From the NCBI GenBank assembly GCA_016926395.1, contig JAFGOT010000015.1:1-21352 (forward strand): a stretch of 21,352 bases of DNA. The letters run 5' to 3'. This document shows positions 14,880-21,352 of the stretch, piece by piece. The translations under genes were made by a program, and so were the position numbers. The first letter of the stretch is position 1. Each line of letters opens with the position of its first letter. Below the pieces are notes generated by a model, which was given only the letters and a program-made list of their open reading frames with translations, did not search any database and was not told where the DNA came from. This stretch comes from Candidatus Woesearchaeota archaeon (GTDB taxonomy: Archaea; Nanobdellota; Nanobdellia; Woesearchaeales; SKGA01).

Positions 14880-16679
14880 ATGTGTGGAATTTTTGGCTAT
14901 AAAGGAATTAGTAGTGACGCAACAAACATCGTTCTTAATGGATTAAAAAAACTCGAATATCGAGGATATGATTCTTGGGGTTTTGCTTCATTTCAAGAAG
15001 GTAAAATAAAAATCAAAAAAGAAATAGGCAGAATACCAAACTATTCAACCGATTTTACATCTCACCTATCTATTGGACACACCAGGTGGGCAACTCACGG
15101 CCAAGTTACGGCTAACAATGCCCACCCCCACACTTCTAAAGATAAAAAAGTTGTCGCAGTACATAACGGCATTATTGAAAACGTTTCTGAATTGGTTGAA
15201 AAATACAAATTAGAAAAAGAAACAGAAACTGATTCTGAAATCATCCCTCTTCTTATTAATCATTTTATGGATGAAGGTTACTCGTTTGTTAATGCTACAA
15301 AAAAAGCGTGTTTACAATTTAACGGATCATATGCAATAGCATTAATTAACAAAGATTCTGAAGAACTTATTGCTGTTAAAATGGGCTCACCAATAATTCT
15401 TGGCATTGGCGAAAACGAATTTTTACTTTCATCAGACATTCCAGCTCTTTTGGAGCACACAAATAAAGTTGTTTATTTAGAAGATAAAGATTTTGTTCAT
15501 ATTAACAAACACATTTCAATTAGCAAAATTGATTCCGAAACTAAAATAATTCCTGACATTAAAACAATTTCTTGGAATGCTGATTCTGCAGAAAAGGAAG
15601 GTTATGATCATTTCATGCTTAAAGAAATTTTCCAGCAACCAAGTAGTATTAGAAAAACATTAGACGGCTTAGTAGAAAATGGTTTTCCAAGTTTAAATCT
15701 TAAAAAAATACATTTAGAAGATTTTAAAAGAATAACAATTCTTGGTTGTGGAACTTCTTGGCATTCAGGATTGGTTGGAAAGTTTTTGATTGAAAGTTTA
15801 GCCAGAATTCCAGTTGATGTTGAATATGCTTCTGAGTTTCGGTATCGCAATCCCATCATCGATAAAGACACCTTAATCCTCGCAATTAGTCAGAGCGGCG
15901 AGACCGCGGATACTCTCGCTGCTCTTCGCGAGGCCAAACGAAGAGGAGCTAGCGTTCTTAGTATTTGTAATGTTGTTGAAAGCTCCATTGCGCGGGAAAG
16001 TGATGATATTCTTTATACAAGAGCAGGACCAGAAATAGGGGTTGCTTCAACTAAAGCATTCACAACTCAAGTTACGATGTTATATCTACTAACAGCACAA
16101 CTTGTTTTGAAAAATAAATCACTATCTGAGAATAAAGTCAAAGAAATGATTGTTGATATTAAAAAAATTCCTGAATTAATCGAATTAGTTCTAAAAGAAG
16201 AAAAGAATATCAAAGTTTTAGCTAACAAACTTAGCAAAAAAAACAACGCATTATACTTAGGTCGAGGCATTCAATTTCCAATTGCACTTGAAGGTGCATT
16301 AAAACTAAAAGAAGTTTCATACATTCATGCCGAAGGATATCCTGCTGCAGAAATGAAACACGGTCCTATTGCTTTGATTGATAAAAATATGCCCTGTGTT
16401 GTTATTGCTACAAAAGATATTTTAACATACGATAAAATTCTTAGTAACATTCAAGAAATCAAGGCTCGAGGTGGCGAAGTTATTGCAATTGGAACTAAAG
16501 GAGATTTTAAATTAAAAGAACTAGTTGATGATATAATTTACGTACCCGAAACAAGATACAGTTTAACACCATTACTTAGCATAATTCCGTTACAAATTTT
16601 ATCATACCATGTTGCTCTTCTAAGAAGTTGCGATATTGATAAACCGAGAAATCTTGCTAAGTCAGTTACTGTTGAATGA
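14880..16679 (+). CDS. glmS: Glutamine--fructose-6-phosphate aminotransferase (isomerizing)
   Basis: MCGI, LEYRGYDS, GHTRWATHG, NAHPH, SQSGETADT, VASTKAFT, ALEGALKLKE, PRNLAKSVTVE; TATA at 14850-14857. Confidence 0.98.
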   Translation: MCGIFGYKGISSDATNIVLNGLKKLEYRGYDSWGFASFQEGKIKIKKEIGRIPNYSTDFTSHLSIGHTRWATHGQVTANNAHPHTSKDKKVVAVHNGIIENVSELVEKYKLEKETETDSEIIPLLINHFMDEGYSFVNATKKACLQFNGSYAIALINKDSEELIAVKMGSPIILGIGENEFLLSSDIPALLEHTNKVVYLEDKDFVHINKHISISKIDSETKIIPDIKTISWNADSAEKEGYDHFMLKEIFQQPSSIRKTLDGLVENGFPSLNLKKIHLEDFKRITILGCGTSWHSGLVGKFLIESLARIPVDVEYASEFRYRNPIIDKDTLILAISQSGETADTLAALREAKRRGASVLSICNVVESSIARESDDILYTRAGPEIGVASTKAFTTQVTMLYLLTAQLVLKNKSLSENKVKEMIVDIKKIPELIELVLKEEKNIKVLANKLSKKNNALYLGRGIQFPIALEGALKLKEVSYIHAEGYPAAEMKHGPIALIDKNMPCVVIATKDILTYDKILSNIQEIKARGGEVIAIGTKGDFKLKELVDDIIYVPETRYSLTPLLSIIPLQILSYHVALLRSCDIDKPRNLAKSVTVE

Positions 16680-16682
16680 AAA

Positions 16683-17924
16683 TTACAAAGTGATTACTTT
16701 TGGGAAAGTTTCAGGCATTAATGTTGTATTTAATATATTTTCTAAATCTTCAAATCGTGCCAATTCTTTTTTATTTAATTTTGATTTGTAAGCTTCAATT
16801 TGAGAGTGATGTTTATACCTATTATGTGAACGTTCTCCAAAAATATCTTCAATTTCATTTCTCATAGATTTTATATGAACACTTATTGGTTGATAAAGAT
16901 CATTTTCACTATAAGAAAGAACAATCTGAGAATTTAAATCTAAATCTGTAGGTTTAATTTTATATTGAATATTTTTTTCAGCCAACTTCATTTTATAGTG
17001 ATGAGCAAAAATAGTTTTGTTCTCGTCTTGTCTCACTTTTTCAATATAATAATTTTTAAAATCAACAACTTCTAAATTAGAAACTTTATTTATTGCTGAC
17101 GAAAAGTAATTTAAAGTGGAATTAGGCGCACCATATGGCTCGGATTCTCCAACAACCATAATCCCAACAAAATCTCTTAATTTCTCAGAAATATCATGCA
17201 AAGTTTTTTTCCAGAAAACTCTAGCTTCTTTTTCACTCATCAAGCTGCTAAAGTCAATAGGCAAACCACCTTTATGAAATTCTCTTAAAACTTTTGATTT
17301 AGCACTAAGTAAAGATTTGCCTTTTTGTTGAATATACAGAGCATCACAACTTTTAGAGTGAATTTGAGCCATGTTCAAATCAACTTCAAATAAAGGTTGT
17401 AGTTGACCATTTTTCTCAGTGGCATTTTCAATCCAAACAATTTTATCTGATTTCTTAGCACTTCTATTAAAATGTTTTTGTAAGTTTTTAAGGTACACAG
17501 ATATTTTATCTTTAGAAAGAATGATTCCAGAATCAACCAATTGTTGTTCCGATAAATAAATACCATCACACAAATGTTTATCCAAAACGTTAGTAGATAA
17601 AAACTCAACTTGCTTACCTTTGGATCGGATGTGTGTAAACTTAGTATCGTGAACAAAAAAAACACTCGATAGTAATTCATCAGTCATCACATTTCTTGCA
17701 ATCCTTGCAACTTGTAGTTTTCCAGGAAGAGCATAATCTTTTGCAACAGACAATACTTGTGAAAATCCAACCCCCTTCTTTTCAACATAAGCTTTGAAAT
17801 AAGGATTATACGGAAGAGATAATAAAGAAGGCAAAGGCATTGAAAATATTTCATTAGCAATTTCAGCAGTAATATAAGTAGATATTCTCTTTTTCTGCAT
17901 AGTTATAGCTTCTCCAAAGTCCAT
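16683..17924 (-). CDS. Hypothetical soluble protein (ORFan, 413 aa)
   Basis: Long open frame in AT-rich DNA; TTTATAAA at 17949-17956, 25 nt above the ATG; no family recognised. Confidence 0.75.
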   Translation of the reverse strand: MDFGEAITMQKKRISTYITAEIANEIFSMPLPSLLSLPYNPYFKAYVEKKGVGFSQVLSVAKDYALPGKLQVARIARNVMTDELLSSVFFVHDTKFTHIRSKGKQVEFLSTNVLDKHLCDGIYLSEQQLVDSGIILSKDKISVYLKNLQKHFNRSAKKSDKIVWIENATEKNGQLQPLFEVDLNMAQIHSKSCDALYIQQKGKSLLSAKSKVLREFHKGGLPIDFSSLMSEKEARVFWKKTLHDISEKLRDFVGIMVVGESEPYGAPNSTLNYFSSAINKVSNLEVVDFKNYYIEKVRQDENKTIFAHHYKMKLAEKNIQYKIKPTDLDLNSQIVLSYSENDLYQPISVHIKSMRNEIEDIFGERSHNRYKHHSQIEAYKSKLNKKELARFEDLENILNTTLMPETFPKVITL

Positions 17925-18040
17925 TGCGAATATGTTAAAATAAACCCATTTATAAACATTATGTAAGAAATACTACTTAAAAGGGACTAATAACCTAAAT
18001 AAAAAGCTTTAAAAAGAAAAATCCGTTCGAAACTTATAAC

Positions 18041-18115
18041 ATGAATAACATAAACACATTTAATTTTGTTAGCCAGAAATTATTTCTGTCTATCTTCCTA
18101 CTTCAGACCCGTTAA
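18041..18115 (+). CDS. Candidate 24-aa upstream ORF in the thrS leader (MNNINTFNFVSQKLFLSIFLLQTR)
   Basis: ATG 26 nt after TTTAAAAA (18008-18015), similar to leaderless genes in this window; TAA at 18113-18115. No homology support. Confidence 0.25.
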   Translation: MNNINTFNFVSQKLFLSIFLLQTR

Positions 18116-18195
18116 CCTAGTTCTTAGTCTATTTAATTCGCCAAATGCGAACAGTTTTAAATTTTTAATACTAAAAAATAACCAGAGGAAAGAAA

Positions 18196-20136
18196 ATGAT
18201 TAATATTAGTTTCCCAGATGGGAGCAAAAAACAATACGAACCTGGAGTTTCAGGTTTACAAATAGCACTCGACATCAGCGAAGGTTTAGCAAGAAACGCC
18301 CTTTGCGTTAAAGTTAACGACAAATTAGTTGACTTAGAAGAACCAATAAACAACGATTCTACTGTTCAGATTATCACATTCAAAGATGCTGAAGGTGTTG
18401 AATTATTTCGACACTCAACTGCACACATTTTAGCTCAAGCAGTTTCTAGACTTTATCCTGAAGCTAAAAACACAATCGGTCCAGCAGTAGAACAAGGATT
18501 TTATTATGATTTTGACAATTTAGAAATTAAAGAAGATGATCTTCAAAAAATAGAAGATGAAATGAAAAAAATTGTCAAAGAAGAACTTAAACCTAAACGA
18601 ATTGTTCTTAGTGAAGCAGAAGCCTTAAACAAATTTAAAGAAAATTCATACAAAATTGAAATGATAAAAGAATATGCAACAGCAGGAGATACACTAACAG
18701 CATACGAACAAGGAGAGTTTGTCGATTTGTGTAGAGGCCCTCATCTTCCAAATCTACGAATGGTTAAAGCAATTAAATTATTTAAGGTTGCAAAAGCATA
18801 TTGGAAAGGCAAAGCAGAAAATAAACAACTTACTAGAATTTATGGAATAAGTTTTCCAGACAATAAATTAATGAAAGAATGGGTAACATTTCAAGAAGAA
18901 GCTGCAAAAAGAGATCATCGTAAAATTGGAAGAGAATTGAAATTATATTCATTCCAAGAGGAAGCACCAGGAATGCCTTTTTTTCACGACAAAGGATCAT
19001 TCATTTGGAACAAACTTGCAGAATTTATGAGTGAAGAGATGTTTAAAAGAGACTATGAGATCAACAAAACACCTATGATTTTAAACAAATCGTTATGGCT
19101 GCAATCTGGACACTGGGATCACTACAAAGAAAATATGTACTTTACAAAAATAGATAGTGACGAAGAAAACTATGCAGTCAAACCAATGAATTGCCCAGGA
19201 AATATTCTAGTATACAAAGAACATCTTCATTCATACAAAGAACTTCCTATTAGAGCAGGAGAATTTGGCCTAGTCCATAGACACGAACTAAGTGGTGCAT
19301 TAAGTGGTTTATTCAGAGTAAGATGTTTCACTCAAGATGATGCACACGTATTTTGTACTAGAGAACAAATCAAAGATGAAATTAATTACTTGATTGAATT
19401 TGTGGATTTCATTTACAAAACATTTGGATTTGAATATAAAATGTTTCTTTCAACTAAACCAGAAAAAGCTCTTGGTTTTGAAGACCTTTGGGAGCTTGCA
19501 GAAAAATCACTAAGTGAAGTATTAGAAGAAAGCGGAAAAGAGTATATAATTAATCCAGGTGATGGAGCATTTTATGGACCTAAAATTGATTTCCAAATAA
19601 AAGATGCACTTGGACGAATGTGGCAATGCGCAACTATTCAACTTGATTTTCAAATGCCCGAAAAGTTTGATTTAACATACGAAGGAAAAGATGGTCAAAA
19701 ACATAGACCAGTTATGCTTCATCGAGCTATATATGGTAGTTTTGAAAGATTCCTTGGAATTCTTGTTGAGCATTTTGCAGGAAAATTCCCTCTATGGATT
19801 TCACCAAACCAAGTAAAAATATTACCAATTGCAGATAGACACGAAGAATTTGCAATTGAAGTAGAAAAACAATTTAAACGTGCTGGATTAAGAAGCGAAG
19901 TTGATCTTCGAAGCGAATCAATTAAGAAAAAAGTTAGAGATGCACAAGTTGAACAATGGAATTATTCCCTTGTGATTGGAGATCAAGAAGTTGAAAACAA
20001 AACAGTCAACGTTCGTGCTAGAAACAATGAAATTCTTGGCAGTAAAAAAATAGATGAATTCATAACGGAATTAAAAAAAGAAATTTCATCCAAAATAATT
20101 CCTGTTGAAACTGTTAAAGAACAAAATCAAGAATAG
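18196..20136 (+). CDS. thrS: Threonine--tRNA ligase, bacterial/eukaryotic type
   Basis: TGS domain (ISFPDGS), editing motifs HSTAH and DLCRGPH, RDHRKIG, KPMNCPG, HRHELSGALSGLFRVR.FTQDDAH, FYGPKID, MLHRAIYGSFERF; SD GAGG. Confidence 0.98.
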   Translation: MINISFPDGSKKQYEPGVSGLQIALDISEGLARNALCVKVNDKLVDLEEPINNDSTVQIITFKDAEGVELFRHSTAHILAQAVSRLYPEAKNTIGPAVEQGFYYDFDNLEIKEDDLQKIEDEMKKIVKEELKPKRIVLSEAEALNKFKENSYKIEMIKEYATAGDTLTAYEQGEFVDLCRGPHLPNLRMVKAIKLFKVAKAYWKGKAENKQLTRIYGISFPDNKLMKEWVTFQEEAAKRDHRKIGRELKLYSFQEEAPGMPFFHDKGSFIWNKLAEFMSEEMFKRDYEINKTPMILNKSLWLQSGHWDHYKENMYFTKIDSDEENYAVKPMNCPGNILVYKEHLHSYKELPIRAGEFGLVHRHELSGALSGLFRVRCFTQDDAHVFCTREQIKDEINYLIEFVDFIYKTFGFEYKMFLSTKPEKALGFEDLWELAEKSLSEVLEESGKEYIINPGDGAFYGPKIDFQIKDALGRMWQCATIQLDFQMPEKFDLTYEGKDGQKHRPVMLHRAIYGSFERFLGILVEHFAGKFPLWISPNQVKILPIADRHEEFAIEVEKQFKRAGLRSEVDLRSESIKKKVRDAQVEQWNYSLVIGDQEVENKTVNVRARNNEILGSKKIDEFITELKKEISSKIIPVETVKEQNQE

Positions 20137-20170
20137 TTCTTGATTTTATTTTTATTTTTTATTTATTTCT
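20137..20170 (+). terminator. U-rich terminator after thrS
   Basis: Repeated oligo-T tracts directly after the stop codon. Confidence 0.4.
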
Positions 20171-20855
20171 AAAAAATAATATTCCTAAAAGGATTACGTT
20201 TCTTTAAAACTTGATTAAATCTTTTTTCTTCATAATCACCTAAAGGTTCTATTGCTACAATATATTCTGAAGAAAAAGGTTTTGATTTTATTTCAGTTCA
20301 ATTCATTTCAAGATTAGGCATCACATCAACCATATTATAAAGGGATCTATCGTTCAAATCACTACTTGGTGCAATTAAATGATTATACATCAACCCTTTG
20401 TTAAAATATATGTTGACTCCTTTCAAATCCTTGGCTTCATGATATGATCTAAAGTAATAGTCAGATAAAGTTAAACTTTCAATATTATCACTTACTTCTT
20501 TTCCAAAGTCCGCCCAGAAATCTATTTTATCATGATGCTCAAAAATATCTCCTAAAGACATACCATTGAAACTTCGAATATACATGTAATCTCTAGTTGC
20601 CCTTTGCGAAGCTAATTCTCGAGACTTATCTAAAATATCTGATTCCTCTTTTGCCATAAAATCATGAGAGTAAACTTTATCTCTAGTAAAATCAAATCTT
20701 GCTTGAACAGACATCGGATGACTAAATTCTTTTTTTGGAATAGAACCGACCGAATATTCTTTGTTAAACAGAAAAGAAGCAGCTTCTTGAAAAGAAGTTC
20801 CCCTTACAAAAACATAATTTTTTGGTTTCCCAATTTTTATTCCATTGTATTTCAT
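20169..20855 (-). pseudogene. Hypothetical gene interrupted by one in-frame TGA (185 aa to TGA at 20298-20300; 228 aa to TAG at 20169-20171); possible ADP-ribosyltransferase-like fold
   Basis: The 185-codon ORF is followed in the same frame by 42 sense codons (TEIKSKPFSSEYIVAIEPLGDYEEKRFNQVLKKRNPFRNIIF*). TATA at 20878-20885, 23 nt above the ATG. Gene existence is well supported; pseudogene status and fold are tentative. Confidence 0.55.
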
Positions 20856-20891
20856 AAAAGATGAAAAATAAAAAAAGTTTAAAAATTAAAA

Positions 20892-20941
20892 TGTCAATTT
20901 ATTTTGACAATTAAAAAGGTACATGTCAAAATTATTTGACT
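20892..20941. promoter_or_regulatory. Two tandem 18-bp palindromes TGTCAA-N6-TTGAC(A/T), candidate transcription-factor operators
   Basis: TGTCAATTTATTTTGACA (20892-20909) and TGTCAAAATTATTTGACT (20924-20941), 32 bp apart, just upstream of the TATA box at 20878-20885. Confidence 0.65.
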
Positions 20942-21335
20942 AAAACTTTTCTTTAAGTTTATACAACACCGTGGTAGAATCACTTAATTGTCGTTGCCAC
21001 CAATTCTTTGCATCATCTTTTTTCCCATCAATAAAATCATCAATCACTTCACCTGCAGTTCCAACATGCATATTTTCACGCACAGGCAAACTATCTTGTT
21101 TTATTTTATCAACTAAATAAACTTCAATTCTGTTCTTTTCATTTCTTGTTGTTATAATCTCTAAATTAGTTGGTTGTGGATAATATCCATCTTCGATTGA
21201 AGAATTATGATAAAAACTTTTTTCATTTAATTTTTGTAAAGGTTGATATCTATCACCAACATACAAACTTCCAAGCATTAATCCTCCAATAAATAAAGAT
21301 TTCCACATAGATTTTTTTGGTTGTGATTCTTCCAT
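20940..21335 (-). CDS. Hypothetical protein with a single N-terminal membrane anchor or signal
   Basis: SLFIGGLMLGSLYVG hydrophobic stretch then a soluble domain. Start moved to ATG 21335 because GGTGA at 21341-21345 is a canonical archaeal SD that contains the annotated GTG. Confidence 0.7.
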   Translation of the reverse strand: MEESQPKKSMWKSLFIGGLMLGSLYVGDRYQPLQKLNEKSFYHNSSIEDGYYPQPTNLEIITTRNEKNRIEVYLVDKIKQDSLPVRENMHVGTAGEVIDDFIDGKKDDAKNWWQRQLSDSTTVLYKLKEKF

Positions 21336-21352
21336 AAAATTCACCCAATAAC

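Noticed and set aside
17140-17175. GIMVVGESEP in the 413-aa ORFan resembling the uracil-DNA glycosylase VGEAPG motif
   Set aside because: Only a short match, located mid-protein, with none of the other UDG motifs.
17925-18195. T-box riboswitch upstream of thrS (also checked for proS and valS)
   Set aside because: No GGTGGNACCGCG-type T-box consensus or large stem I; T-boxes are bacterial.
20298-20300. Genome-wide UGA recoding or selenocysteine
   Set aside because: glmS ends its conserved KSVTVE with TGA, Trp is TGG in conserved motifs, and no SECIS-like hairpin or redox motif is evident.
24-20864. Short overlapping ORFs in the track (24..314, 1254..1439, 2362..2628, 4116..4313, 4177..4464, 4854..5042, 6664..6921, 9248..9430, 9911..10147, 10161..10343, 11100..11297, 12262..12555, 15278..15460, 15608..15871, 16067..16270, 17375..17680, 18171..18353, 20664..20864)
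   Set aside because: All are alternate-frame or antisense shadows of well-supported genes and have no recognisable motifs.
1-21352. CRISPR array, IS/transposase, integrase, rRNA
   Set aside because: No regularly spaced repeats, terminal inverted repeats around an ORF, recombinase motifs or long GC-rich structural RNA were seen.

Overview
AT-rich (roughly 30% GC by eye) archaeal chromosomal segment, probably from a DPANN lineage such as Woesearchaeota. The archaeal call rests on Rpo6/RpoK, archaeal-type ValRS and ProRS, a class III signal-peptide protein, TATA-box promoters and mostly leaderless starts; the phylum-level call is inference. Housekeeping genes (valS, proS, thrS, rpoK, glmS, tRNA-Leu(UAA), tRNA-Arg(UCU)) are mixed with accessory genes: SdpI-like protein, flavodoxin-fold reductase, pilin-like protein, SemiSWEET, orphan ParA, DUF4405-like protein, lipoprotein MsrB-MsrA, K+ channel, GNAT, FlaR-like kinase, SET-domain methyltransferase, MFS transporter, MBL hydrolase and several ORFans. 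I saw no CRISPR array, transposase or integrase. The best signals are: (1) a degenerate copy of the tRNA-Leu 3' end interrupted by a clean 43-bp double-hairpin insertion; (2) an ORFan split by one in-frame TGA, possibly an ADP-ribosyltransferase fold, with two phased 18-bp palindromes just upstream of its promoter; (3) two GC3-rich patches inside glmS; (4) a possible extracytoplasmic methionine-sulfoxide repair pair; (5) candidate leader elements on all three aminoacyl-tRNA synthetase genes. Family calls are from motif recognition by eye, not database searches.
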